A DNA stretch of 64,000 nt, taken from contig NC_086107.1 in NCBI RefSeq assembly GCF_963921235.1, positions 96,164,001-96,228,000 on the forward strand. The letters run 5' to 3'. Positions 34,013 to 45,942 of the stretch are shown in pieces (position 1 is the stretch's first letter; each line of letters starts with the position of its first letter). A program made the translations under genes and the position numbers. The stretch comes from Mobula hypostoma. Taxonomy: Eukaryota. Under the pieces are notes generated by a model. It worked only from the letters and a program-made list of their open reading frames with translations, was not told where the DNA came from and made no database searches.

Positions 34013-36032
34013 AAGCGACGGCTTACCGGCTGAGTTGTACTCGGCTCTGTGGAACTGGATAGGCCCAGACCTGCTGGAAGTGTACAATGCTATGCTTCTG
34101 GCCGGCAGGATGTCTGAGTCCATGAGGAAGGGCATCATCACCCTCATCTACAAGCAGAAGGGGGAAAGAGAGGACATTAGAAATTGGAGACCCATCTCTC
34201 TCCTGAATGTGGACTACAAGATCCTGTCCAAGGCTATCGCCAACAGGGTCAAGTCTGCTCTGGGACAGGTGATCCACCCAGACCAAACCTGTGCTGTACC
34301 AGGCAGGAAGATCTCAGACAGCCTCGCGCTGCTGAGGGACACCATCGCCTACGTGCAGGACAGGAGGGTGGACGCCTGCCTGGTCAGCTTGGACCAGGAG
34401 AAAGCCTTCGACAGGATATCGCACACGTACATGGCGGACGTGCTCTCCAAAATGGGATTTGGGGAGGGAATCCGGAATTGGATCAGACTGCTCTACACAG
34501 ACATCCGTACTGCAGTCCAGGTCAACGGGTGGGAAACAGACAGCTTCCCCATCAGGTCTGGAGTCAGGCAGGGCTGTCCCCTCTCCCCTGTCTTGTTTGT
34601 CTGCTGCATAGAACCCTTTGCGGAAGCCATTAGGAGGGATGAGGGCATAAGAGGGGTGACGCTGCCAGGCAGTGGAGGGACCCAAGTGAAAACCTCCCTG
34701 TACATGGACGACGTCACCGTCTTCTGCTCTGATCCGAGGTCAGTTCGCAGGTTGATTGGCACCTGCGAACAGTTCGAGCTGGCGTCGGGGGCCAGGGTCA
34801 ACCGCACGAAGAGCGAAGCCATGCTCTTCGGCAACTGGCCCGACCGATCCAGCGTCCCCTTCAACGTCAGGTCTGACCACGTGAAGGTGTTGGGGATATG
34901 GTTCGGAGGGGCGGAGGCGTGCAACAAGAACTGGCAGGAGCGGACTGCCAAGGTGAAACAGAAACTGGGACTGTGGGGAGGGCGCTCCCTGTCGATAACG
35001 GGCAAGAACCTGGTCATCAGGTGTGAGGTGCTCTCAGGGCTGCTGTACTTGGCGCAGGTCTGGCCCGTCCCCCGCTCCTACAGCTCGGAAATCACCCGGG
35101 CTGTCTTCAGATTCGTCTGGGGATCCAAGATGGAGCGGGTGGGACGGACCGCCATGCACAAGTCCCTGGACAACGGGGGCAAGAACGTCCCCAATGTCGC
35201 CCTCACCCTGATGGCCAGCTTCGTATGTGGCTGCATCAGGTTGTGTGTAGAGCCCAGGTATGTGGGCACCAAGTACCGCTACGTGCCCAGGTTCTACTTG
35301 TCGCCCTGGCTACGAAGGATGGGTCTGGCCCCACTCCCGCGCAACGCCCCAGTCAGCTGGTCGTTGCCGGCATACCTGTCCTACGTAGCAAAGTTCTTCC
35401 AGGAGAACGCCTTTGACCACAGGGCCATCAGGCAGTGGTCGGCACGTAGTGTCCTGCAGGCACTGCAGGAGAAGGACGTGATGGACACAGTGGGGTGGTT
35501 CCCGGAGCAGACTGTCCAGTTCATCTGGCAAAATGCCTCATCGCCAGATCTAACCAACAGGCACCAAGACCTCGCCTGGCTGGCGGTGAGAGGGGCCCTC
35601 CCAGTCAGAGCCCTCCTGTACGCCCGGAACGTCGTCTCCGCACCCCATTGCCCACGGGAGGACTGCAGTGAGGAGGAGTCTGTGACCCACCTCTTTGCAC
35701 ACTGCCAGTTCGCAAAGAGGGTGTGGAGGAGGATGGATGGGCTAGTGTCACGGTTTATCCCCAGCAGCTGCGTAACAGAGGACTCTCTGATCTACGGGCT
35801 GTTCCCGGGGACACACACGGAGACCAACGTCCGGTGCTGCTGGCAGATCATCAACTCGGTGAAAGATGCTATTTGGTCGGCCCGTAACTTGATGATCTAC
35901 CAGCACATGGAGATGTCCGTGGGAGAATGCTGCCGACTGGCACATTCTCGACTGCAGGAGTACGTGCTGAGGGATGCACTGAAACTTGGTGCAGCCACCG
36001 CAAGGGCCCGGTGGGGAAGGACCACAGTATAG
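34013..36032 (+). pseudogene. Truncated ORF2 (RT + CCHC, no endonuclease)
   Basis: Open frame nearly identical to the C-terminal ~670 aa of ORF2. Confidence 0.85.
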
Positions 36033-36228
36033 GTTTCTCCACCCGTGGGAGTGGGAGGGGTCGGAGGGCGGGGAGTATACCCCTCAACAATGAAATGATG
36101 TGGTATAAATACGGATATGTACTGTGTATAATGCAAACGTATGTAAAGGATGAAAAGTTATTGAATGGTTTATTGTATATATTTATTTTTGAATAAAGTA
36201 TATTTTGAAATAAAAAAAAAAAAAAAAA
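34013..36228 (+). mobile_element. 5'-truncated copy C (~2.2 kb), tandem with copy B
   Basis: Begins within ORF2 at the PG|SDGLP motif (about element nt 2938), ends in poly(A), flanked by the same TSD. Confidence 0.95.
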
Positions 36229-36379
36229 ATCTGTTCTTATCAGTTTAATATCTGATACGTCCCTTATCTGGGGACCATATATTAAATTGATTTTTGGAAC
36301 AGGGAGATGGAATAGGGGCTTGCTCCGTCCACTCCACGCATCGACCCGGTATTGCAGTGCCTCTGGGAACGGTGCACTC
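36229..36379 (+). pseudogene. RNU2: U2 snRNA 3' portion (nt 38-188)
   Basis: Follows the poly(A) of copy C. Confidence 0.93.
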
Positions 36380-37980
36380 CCCTTCTGGGGAATTTCAAAG
36401 TAGCAAAGAAAAGGAAAACGACGAAAGCTCCATCAGGCACAGCAGCACAGACAAGCATGCACGCACATGGAGAGAGAGGAGAGAGCTAGCTGCTTGCTCT
36501 ACACTTCTCCTGTGTCTGTGTCTGTCTGTCGATACAGCTCACTCACTCACTCACGCCATGGGCAGACAACTCAACAACAGCACGAGCATCATATATCTGG
36601 GCCATTTGATCAAGCCATTTGATGGCTAAGATCAAGTGCACATCCAGGCTGCAACCAGATCAGGTGCTGCAGGCAAGGCAGCAACTTCATGAGAGATGCC
36701 CCTTGGCATTCATTCCTGAAGCAAACTGCTCAACCGGCACACTCATTCTGATGCCTGCTCACTCGGCAGCTGCCTGCACCAAGCACAGAAGCAGAGTGAA
36801 GCGGAGCGGGCCGAAAGGCCTTTTCTGTCCCGCCACGCTCGCTCCACTTCTCAGGCTCAGGCTTCTCAGCTGCTCCTTGAAGCCAACGGAGGACGGGACG
36901 GACGGACAGACCGGCGGGCGAACGAACGAACGAACGAACGAACGAGGCGAATGAACGAATGATTTCACCAGCAGCCAGCCTGTCGGACAGGCAGGCTCGT
37001 TCAAGTGTGCCAGCAGCCAGGGCTCGTGGACGAGAGGAAGGAAGGGAGGCATCCGATGGAGCCCGGCCACAGAGCAACGGGGCCCGGTGCTGCATCCTCC
37101 CCGCCTGCACCAGACTGCCAAGACTGCTGCTCTCCTGCCCAGACAGACAGACAGACAGACAGACCAGCTACAAGCATCACCACCTAGCCATAGCACCAGC
37201 AAAACTCTGCCTACCTGCCCTGGCCTGGCCTGGCCTCCTCTGCTCTGCCCGACCCGACCCGACTCGACTCACAAATCTCCATTGTGATGCGTCTGCCTGC
37301 CCCTGCCCCAGCCCCAAAGCCCCGCCCACCGTTCGAGGCAAGGCAGAGGCACAACCCCCCACTCAGACCTCCCCAATATACATTGGCAGTGCAGTGCATC
37401 TCCAGCCTCGCTCAAAATCACGTCCCAAACCCCAAAATCACTCAAACCTCTCATGCTTACACGTACCTACTCGGCGTCCAGCTTTGGCGCACGTCTCCAC
37501 AAGTGCCACATCCATCCACGTGCCCCTGCTTCACGCACAGCACAGCACTGTGCCTCCCTCCGGCAGGCATTTCGCCGATCCATTTCCTGTTTCACAACCA
37601 AGGCATAATCAGTACCCCTTTCCTTCCACAGCACAGCGCGCACACGCGCCCGCCCACTCCGCCACCGAGCCATGCCGGCCAAAAACGCACCTGCACAGCA
37701 GTGGGGCACAGGGCCGCCGTCAGCCCGCCACACATTTCCCTCCTTCCCTCCTATTTCTACATCCGTGCACCCACCCCGCTGCAAAACCAGTCAGTCTGCT
37801 CAGGCGTCAGCACAGAGGCATAGTGAAGGGCCTCGGCCCTTCTCCCTTTACTGCCCTCTGTACATGTGACCAGAGCTTGGCAGATCCCTCAGCACTCCGT
37901 GTGCACGTGTGTCTGTGACTCTGTGTCTGTGTGAGATTGAGTGAGTGAGTGAGTGAGTCAGTGAGAGAGAGAGACAGACA

Positions 37981-38029
<49 letters not shown>

Positions 38030-38932
38030 ACCCACCCCCATCCACCCTGGTAAAAAAAAGGTGGTGGGGGAGCAGGGGAGAAGACACTGTGTCCAATCAT
38101 AGCCTGTGCAGACGCAAAGTCTGCAGCTTCTGGAGATGAAACAAACTCAATCCACTCAACAATTGTAATTGCACACACGTCAAAATAAAGGCACAGAGGT
38201 GTGAATGGCTGCACTTCAGCCTTCGGCTTGGAGAGCACACCCATTGTTTCTCCTCAGGCACACCTGTAGCTGACATCCTCCTGTTCCCAAACTTGCCAGG
38301 AGGCTTTTCTGCCCGCGGACTTTGGCCACGTCCACAACCCTCGTACCGGTCTTGAGCGTTGCACGTGGCCTCTGCCTTTGTCGCCCGGCGCAGTCCCATC
38401 CGCTCGCTCCCTCCCGGAGAGGGCAGAGCCTCCGAAGGAGACCGTTCAGCTGGATGGATGCGCCGGCCAGCTAGGGCGCGCAAAGCCGAGAGGCGCGCTC
38501 TCTTTGCCGAGTGCAGGGACGCCCTTGAAGGGCCCAGCGGCCTGCTCCCACTCCCCCTGCAGACTCTTGTGCAGACAGGACAGCGTGACCAGCCTCCCAT
38601 GACCAGGAGAGCAGTGCAAGTTGAGCCAGCCTCTGAGACCGACCTGGGAGCCGGCAGCCTTGACGTAGGCAGTGTGCCAGTGACGTAGGCGCCCATAAGT
38701 ACGGCCCCACTCCCAGATGATTGGTGGATCACTAGCAGCTTTACATAGCCTCTGACAACTTGCACTCATGACGGACCAGGTAGGCAACAGCTGTCCAGCA
38801 CACCCACCCATCCCAGACAACCTAGGGGAGAGCTGCCAGCGGGCCAGGGCAGCAAGGTCTTTGCCAGGCCTCCTGCTTCAATCTAAACACCAGAGGCTAG
38901 GCAGGATGTAGCCGACTCAAGCGTATGCCTGC

Positions 38933-38984
38933 ATCGCTTCTCGGCCTTTTGGCTAAGATCAAGTGTAGTATCTGTTCTTATCAG
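38933..38984 (+). pseudogene. RNU2: U2 snRNA 5' portion (nt 1-52), disrupted by copy D
   Basis: Same junction as copy B. Confidence 0.95.
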
Positions 38985-39089
38985 ACCAGAAGGCGGAGGT
39001 GAAGAGTTCGCGCTGACGCAGGGGTGGATCCTAATGCTGATTGGCCTCCAATCTAACACCCCATACCAGCGACGACAGCAGTGAGGAAG

Positions 39090-40517
39090 ATGGCAGCAGC
39101 GAGCAGTGCATCGGCTCGAGGCCAAGGTATCAAGAACACTGTCAGGCTGACAGTGCGAGACCGGAACGGGGGCACCGGCTTCACCCGAGAGACCTTCATC
39201 CGGAAGGTCTTGATGGAATGCTGCGGATTTACGCCTGACGACATCTACTGCGTCCAGGACTTTGCAGGTTTTTTCGACGTGACTTTCCGGCAGGCTGCAG
39301 GGTGGCAGAAGCTGTACCAGCAGCTTCAGCTGAAGGGGACAGAGGCGCCGCTGTCGCTGTTGAAAGCACAGGCCCTCTTTGCCACGGCTACCCAGCAGGA
39401 ACGGACAATCACGGTGCACATGTTCAACCCGCACGTGCCATTGGTAGATGTCCTTACATTCCTCGCTCGGTATGTGGAGAGCGTAGGAACGCCAGCAGAC
39501 GTGAAGGACGGACTGGGAATCTGGACCAGCAAACGGCAGGTCAAGGTGAAGCTGAGGTTGGACTCCAACGGCGGCGTCATCCACCCCCCCTCCGTCTTCG
39601 CCATCGGAGGGAACCGAGGGTACACGGTGTACGCGGGGCAACCCAGGGTGTGCCGAAACTGCGGCAAGGCAGGGCACATCGCAGCCCAGTGCAGGGTGGT
39701 GATGTGCAAGAACTGCAAAACTGAAGGCCACCTGACCAAAGACTGCACGCAGGCCAAGTCCTGCAACCTTTGTGGACAAGACGGCCACCTGTACAGAGCC
39801 TGCCCGAGGCGTGGGGGCACCTACGCACAGGCAACCAGGGGTGGTGCTGGTCCTGAAAGGGCCCAGGCAGTTTCGGACGCCCCTGCCAGCACTGCCGAAG
39901 AGGCACCCGACAGGGCGGACGATGAGACCAGGGAGGAAGGGGCAAGCACCCCGAGACCTGCCACCCCACTGCAGACCCTCCAGGACCAAGCAAATGACGA
40001 GCAGGAGTCCATGGAGGAAGGGACAGCTGAGGTGGAAACGGAATGGAAGGTCGTGAAACGGAAAAAGACCCAAAAGGCGGCGGCCAAGCGACAGAAGGCG
40101 GAGCAACGCAAGAAAAGGGCAGGGAACCACACAGCCTCTGGTACCCTGTCCTCTTCAGAGGAGGAAGGAGTTGGGGGAGGCCAGCAGCCCCAGCGGAAGA
40201 AGCGGCTGGCAGAACAGGTGGAGAGGAGGAGAGAGGAGGGGGAAAGTCTGCTGGCCACCCCCCAAGTACAGGAGGCGGAGAGCAGCAGACACACCGAGCT
40301 CCGGGAATCCGGGAGCAGAGCCACGGTTGGCACCCAGCAGTCGGAAGGGGAAGCAGCCCAGGAAGCCAACAACCCCCCGGGCCCAGAACCAGAACGGCCA
40401 CACACGGAGGAGTACTACCAGCAGTACCTGAGCCCACAGGAGGTGGAAAACTTCACAAAGGCGGTGGGAATGAAGGCTCAGGATGGCAAGGATGAGGACG
40501 GAGTGCAGCCAAAATAA
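39090..40517 (+). CDS. ORF1 (copy D)
   Basis: Intact, 3 CCHC knuckles. Confidence 0.95.
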   Translation: MAAASSASARGQGIKNTVRLTVRDRNGGTGFTRETFIRKVLMECCGFTPDDIYCVQDFAGFFDVTFRQAAGWQKLYQQLQLKGTEAPLSLLKAQALFATATQQERTITVHMFNPHVPLVDVLTFLARYVESVGTPADVKDGLGIWTSKRQVKVKLRLDSNGGVIHPPSVFAIGGNRGYTVYAGQPRVCRNCGKAGHIAAQCRVVMCKNCKTEGHLTKDCTQAKSCNLCGQDGHLYRACPRRGGTYAQATRGGAGPERAQAVSDAPASTAEEAPDRADDETREEGASTPRPATPLQTLQDQANDEQESMEEGTAEVETEWKVVKRKKTQKAAAKRQKAEQRKKRAGNHTASGTLSSSEEEGVGGGQQPQRKKRLAEQVERRREEGESLLATPQVQEAESSRHTELRESGSRATVGTQQSEGEAAQEANNPPGPEPERPHTEEYYQQYLSPQEVENFTKAVGMKAQDGKDEDGVQPK

Positions 40518-40527
40518 GAGACCTACA

Positions 40528-43500
40528 ATGATGGCAGACCTTAAATTGGCGTGCTTGAATGTGCGAAGTTTGAAGAGTACTGGGCGATGCGTCAGCACGC
40601 TCCAGTACCTGGACACTGTAAAGACCGACGTGACCTTCCTCCAGGAGTGCGGACTACCACATCTCCGTAACTACCGGAGGTGGTCACGGTGGTGGAAAAA
40701 AGGTTTGTCTGTGTGGTCGGGGGGCAACGATTGTCGCGCTTCCGGCCTGGGGATTCTGCTACGGGGAGGTAACTTCTCAATCACCCAAGTTAAAGAGGTG
40801 GTTGCGGGGCGCCTCCTGGTAGCAGACGTCAAATACCGGGGCACTCCGCTCCGGCTGATCAACGTGTACGCCTCCCCCGTTCGGAGTGAGCGGCTGGCCG
40901 TCTTCGAGCAGCTCCCACAGCTGCTGGTGACGTCCCAGCCGGTCGTTCTGGCCGGAGACTTCAACTGCACCATTGATGCGGCTGGAGGACCCGGCAGCGC
41001 CGACGGCAGGCTGGACAGTACCTCCAGACTCCTGAGGGAAATAGTAAAGACGGCCAAGCTGCGCGACGCCTTTGGCACCCCCACAGGTGGAGCACAGCCG
41101 CAAGCCACCTGGACACGGTCGGACGGCTCAGCCCGCTCCCGGATCGACTTCCTCTTCCTGTCAGAGCCCCTCACGGTCAGGTCCACCGACGTCACGCCGG
41201 TGTTCTTCTCTGACCACTGCCTTCTGAGAGCCACCTGTCGCTTACGGGAGGACCAGAAGGCAGGCAGGGGGACGTGGAAGCTGAATGTTAAGCTGCTGAC
41301 CCCAGAGAACATCGAGGAACTAGAGAGGGAGTACACAGGTTGGAGAACCTTGAAAGCCTTCTTTGATTCCCCGGTTCACTGGTGGGAAGCCACCAAAGAG
41401 AACATTAAGAGGTTCTTCATCCGCAAGGGTATCCAGAAGGCAAGGCAGGAGCAGAGGGAACTGCGTAAACTCCAGACAGAGTTGCAGCAACTTCTCCTTC
41501 TGCAGTCGAAGGGGGTGGATGTCAGGGAGGAATTGCGAGAGGTGAAGGGCCGGCAAGCCCATAACCTCGCCGCCGAATCCTCCAAGATCATCTTCCGATC
41601 AAGGGTCCAAACCGTGGAGCAGGACGAGACGTGCTCACGCTTCTTCTTCTTCTTCCAAAAGGTGCACAGGGGGAGCTCTGTGATCCACAACCTTAAGGAA
41701 GAGGACGGCTCAGTCGCGTCCTCGCAGACCGACATACTGAGGATCTGCAAGTCCTTCTATGCCGGTCTGTACGACGAAAAGGCCACAGAATCCACAGCCT
41801 CCCGCAACTTCCTGTCGTCTATCACGCAGGTCTTAGACGGTGGCAAGCGGGAGAGTCTGGATCAGCCACTGACCCTGGACGAGCTGACAGGCTCCATCCG
41901 TTCCTTTGGGTCGGGTAAGACTCCCGGAAGCGACGGCTTACCGGCTGAGTTGTACTCGGCTCTGTGGAACTGGATAGGCCCAGACCTGCTGGAAGTGTAC
42001 AATGCTATGCTTCTGGCCGGCAGGATGTCTGAGTCCATGAGGAAGGGCATCATCACCCTCATCTACAAGCAGAAGGGGGAAAGAGAGGACATTAGAAATT
42101 GGAGACCCATCTCTCTCCTGAATGTGGACTACAAGATCCTGTCCAAGGCTATCGCCAACAGGGTCAAGTCTGCTCTGGGACAGGTGATCCACCCAGACCA
42201 AACCTGTACTGTACCAGGCAGGAAGATCTCAGACAGCCTCGCGCTGCTGAGGGACACCATCGCCTACGTGCAGGACAGGAGGGTGGACGCCTGCCTGGTC
42301 AGCTTGGACCAGGAGAAAGCCTTCGACAGGATATCGCACACGTACATGGCGGACGTGCTCTCCAAAATGGGATTTGGGGAGGGAATCCGGAATTGGATCA
42401 GACTGCTCTACACAGACATCCGTAGTGCAGTCCAGGTCAACGGGTGGGAAACAGACAGCTTCCCCATCAGGTCTGGAGTCAGGCAGGGCTGTCCCCTCTC
42501 CCCTGTCTTGTTTGTCTGCTGCATAGAACCCTTTGCGGAAGCCATTAGGAGGGATGAGGGCATAAGAGGGGTGACGCTGCCAGGCAGTGGAGGGACCCAA
42601 GTGAAAACCTCCCTGTACATGGACGACGTCACCGTCTTCTGCTCTGATCCGAGGTCAGTTCGCAGGTTGATTGGCACCTGCGAACAGTTCGAGCTGGCGT
42701 CGGGGGCCAGGGTCAACCGCACGAAGAGCGAAGCCATGCTCTTCGGCAACTGGCCCGACCGATCCAGCGTCCCCTTCAACGTCAGGTCTGACCACGTGAA
42801 GGTGTTGGGGATATGGTTCGGAGGGGCGGAGGCGTGCAACAAGAACTGGCAGGAGCGGACTGCCAAGGTGAAACAGAAACTGGGACTGTGGGGAGGGCGC
42901 TCCCTGTCGATAACGGGCAAGAACCTGGTCATCAGGTGTGAGGTGCTCTCAGGGCTGCTGTACTTGGCGCAGGTCTGGCCCGTCCCCCGCTCCTACAGCT
43001 CGGAAATCACCCGGGCTGTCTTCAGATTCGTCTGGGGATCCAAGATGGAGCGGGTGGGACGGACCGCCATGCACAAGTCCCTGGACAACGGGGGCAAGAA
43101 CGTCCCCAATGTCGCCCTCACCCTGATGGCCAGCTTCGTATGTGGCTGCATCAGGTTGTGTGTAGAGCCCAGGTATGTGGGCACCAAGTACCGCTACGTG
43201 CCCAGGTTCTACTTGTCGCCCTGGCTACGAAGGATGGGTCTGGCCCCACTCCCGCGCAACGCCCCAGTCAGCTGGTCGTTGCCGGCATACCTGTCCTACG
43301 TAGCAAAGTTCTTCCAGGAGAACGCCTTTGACCACAGGGCCATCAGGCAGTGGTCGGCACGTAGTGTCCTGCAGGCACTGCAGGAGAAGGACGTGATGGA
43401 CACAGTGGGGTGGTTCCCGGAGCAGACTGTCCAGTTCATCTGGCAAAATGCCTCATCGCCAGATCTAACCAACAGGCACCAAGACCTCGCCTGGCTGGCG

Positions 43501-43947
43501 GTGAGAGGGGCCCTCCCAGTCAGAGCCCTCCTGTACGCCCGGAACGTCGTCTCCGCACCCCATTGCCCACGGGAGGACTGCAGTGAGGAGGAGTCTGTGA
43601 CCCACCTCTTTGCACACTGCCAGTTCGCAAAGAGGGTGTGGAGGAGGATGGATGGGCTAGTGTCACGGTTTATCCCCAGCAGCTGCGTAACAGAGGACTC
43701 TCTGATCTACGGGCTGTTCCCGGGGACACACACGGAGACCAACGTCCGGTGCTGCTGGCAGATCATCAACTCGGTGAAAGATGCTATTTGGTCCGCCCGT
43801 AACTTGATGATCTACCAGCACATGGAGATGTCCGTGGGAGAATGCTGCCGACTGGCACATTCTCGACTGCAGGAGTACGTGCTGAGGGACGCACTGAAAC
43901 TTGGTGCAGCCACCGCAAGGGCCCGGTGGGGAAGGACCACAGTATAG
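40528..43947 (+). CDS. ORF2 (copy D, +2 Phe)
   Basis: Intact APE-RT with an in-frame TTC expansion. Confidence 0.95.
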   Translation: MMADLKLACLNVRSLKSTGRCVSTLQYLDTVKTDVTFLQECGLPHLRNYRRWSRWWKKGLSVWSGGNDCRASGLGILLRGGNFSITQVKEVVAGRLLVADVKYRGTPLRLINVYASPVRSERLAVFEQLPQLLVTSQPVVLAGDFNCTIDAAGGPGSADGRLDSTSRLLREIVKTAKLRDAFGTPTGGAQPQATWTRSDGSARSRIDFLFLSEPLTVRSTDVTPVFFSDHCLLRATCRLREDQKAGRGTWKLNVKLLTPENIEELEREYTGWRTLKAFFDSPVHWWEATKENIKRFFIRKGIQKARQEQRELRKLQTELQQLLLLQSKGVDVREELREVKGRQAHNLAAESSKIIFRSRVQTVEQDETCSRFFFFFQKVHRGSSVIHNLKEEDGSVASSQTDILRICKSFYAGLYDEKATESTASRNFLSSITQVLDGGKRESLDQPLTLDELTGSIRSFGSGKTPGSDGLPAELYSALWNWIGPDLLEVYNAMLLAGRMSESMRKGIITLIYKQKGEREDIRNWRPISLLNVDYKILSKAIANRVKSALGQVIHPDQTCTVPGRKISDSLALLRDTIAYVQDRRVDACLVSLDQEKAFDRISHTYMADVLSKMGFGEGIRNWIRLLYTDIRSAVQVNGWETDSFPIRSGVRQGCPLSPVLFVCCIEPFAEAIRRDEGIRGVTLPGSGGTQVKTSLYMDDVTVFCSDPRSVRRLIGTCEQFELASGARVNRTKSEAMLFGNWPDRSSVPFNVRSDHVKVLGIWFGGAEACNKNWQERTAKVKQKLGLWGGRSLSITGKNLVIRCEVLSGLLYLAQVWPVPRSYSSEITRAVFRFVWGSKMERVGRTAMHKSLDNGGKNVPNVALTLMASFVCGCIRLCVEPRYVGTKYRYVPRFYLSPWLRRMGLAPLPRNAPVSWSLPAYLSYVAKFFQENAFDHRAIRQWSARSVLQALQEKDVMDTVGWFPEQTVQFIWQNASSPDLTNRHQDLAWLAVRGALPVRALLYARNVVSAPHCPREDCSEEESVTHLFAHCQFAKRVWRRMDGLVSRFIPSSCVTEDSLIYGLFPGTHTETNVRCCWQIINSVKDAIWSARNLMIYQHMEMSVGECCRLAHSRLQEYVLRDALKLGAATARARWGRTTV

Positions 43948-44137
43948 GTTTCTCCACCCGTGGGAGTGGGAGGGGTCGGAGGGCGGGGAGTATACCCCTC
44001 AACAATGAAATGATGTGGTATAAATACGGATATGTACTGTGTATAATGCAAACGTATGTAAAGGATGAAAAGTTATTGAATGGTTTATTGTTTATATTTA
44101 TTTTTGAATAAAGTATATTTTGAAATAAAAAAAAAAA

Positions 44138-44288
44138 ATCTGTTCTTATCAGTTTAATATCTGATACGTCCCTTATCTGGGGACCATATATTAAATTGAT
44201 TTTTGGAACAGGGAGATGGAATAGGGGCTTGCTCCGTCCACTCCAAGCATCGACCCGGTATTGCAGTGCCTCTGGGAACGGTGCACTC
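44138..44288 (+). pseudogene. RNU2: U2 snRNA 3' portion (nt 38-188, with C146A)
   Basis: Follows the poly(A) of copy D. Confidence 0.93.
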
Positions 44289-45893
44289 CCCTTCTGGGGA
44301 ATTTCAAAGTAGCAAAGAAAAGGAAAACGACGAAAGCTCCATCAGGCACAGCAGCACAGACAAGCATGCACGCACATGGAGAGAGAGGAGAGAGCTAGCT
44401 GCTTGCTCTACACTTCTCCTGTGTCTGTGTCTGTCTGTCGATACAGCTCACTCACTCACTCACGCCATGGGCAGACAACTCAACAACAGCACGAGCATCA
44501 TATATCTGGGCCATTTGATCAAGCCATTTGATGGCTAAGATCAAGTGCACATCCAGGCTGCAACCAGATCAGGTGCTGCAGGCAAGGCAGCAACTTCATG
44601 AGAGATGCCCCTTGGCATTCATTCCTGAAGCAAACTGCTCAACCGGCACACTCATTCTGATGCCTGCTCACTCGGCAGCTGCCTGCACCAAGCACAGAAG
44701 CAGAGTGAAGCGGAGCGGGCCGAAAGGCCTTTTCTGTCCCGCCACGCTCGCTCCACTTCTCAGGCTCAGGCTTCTCAGCTGCTCCTTGAAGCCAACGGAG
44801 GACGGGACGGACGGACGGACGGGCGGGCGAACGAACGAACGAACGAACGAACGAGGCGAATGAACGAATGATTTCACCAGCAGCCAGCCTGTCGGACAGG
44901 CAGGCTCGTTCAAGTGTGCCAGCAGCCAGGGCTCGTGGACGAGAGGAAGGAAGGGAGGCATCCGATGGAGCCCGGCCACAGAGCAACGGGGCCCGGTGCT
45001 GCATCCTCCCCGCCTGCACCAGACTGCCAAGACTGCTGCTCTCCTGCCCAGACAGACAGACAGACAGACAGACCAGCTACAAGCATCACCACCTAGCCAT
45101 AGCACCAGCAAAACTCTGCCTACCTGCCCTGGCCTGGCCTGGCCTCCTCTGCTCTGCCCGACCCGACCCGACTCGACTCACAAATCTCCATTGTGATGCG
45201 TCTGCCTGCCCCTGCCCCAGCCCCAAAGCCCCGCCCACCGTTCGAGGCAAGGCAGAGGCACAACCCCCCACTCAGACCTCCCCAATATACATTGGCAGTG
45301 CAGTGCATCTCCAGCCTCGCTCAAAATCACGTCCCAAACCCCAAAATCACTCAAACCTCTCATGCTTACACGTACCTACTCGGCGTCCAGCTTTGGCGCA
45401 CGTCTCCACAAGTGCCACATCCATCCACGTGCCCCTGCTTCACGCACAGCACAGCACTGTGCCTCCCTCCGGCAGGCATTTCGCCGATCCATTTCCTGTT
45501 TCACAACCAAGGCATAATCAGTACCCCTTTCCTTCCACAGCACAGCGCGCACACGCGCCCGCCCACTCCGCCACCGAGCCATGCCGGCCAAAAACGCACC
45601 TGCACAGCAGTGGGGCACAGGGCCGCCGTCAGCCCGCCACACATTTCCCTCCTTCCCTCCTATTTCTACATCCGTGCACCCACCCCGCTGCAAAACCAGT
45701 CAGTCTGCTCAGGCGTCAGCACAGAGGCATAGTGAAGGGCCTCGGCCCTTCTCCCTTTACTGCCCTCTGTACATGTGACCAGAGCTTGGCAGATCCCTCA
45801 GCACTCCGTGTGCACGTGTGTCTGTGACTCTGTGTCTGTGTGAGATTGAGTGAGTGAGTGAGTGAGTCAGTGAGAGAGAGAGACAGACAGACA

Positions 45894-45942
<49 letters not shown>

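Larger units (their letters stand above)
38985..44137 (+). mobile_element. Full-length Tx1/Keno-like copy D
   Basis: Complete structure with TSD on both sides. Confidence 0.97.
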
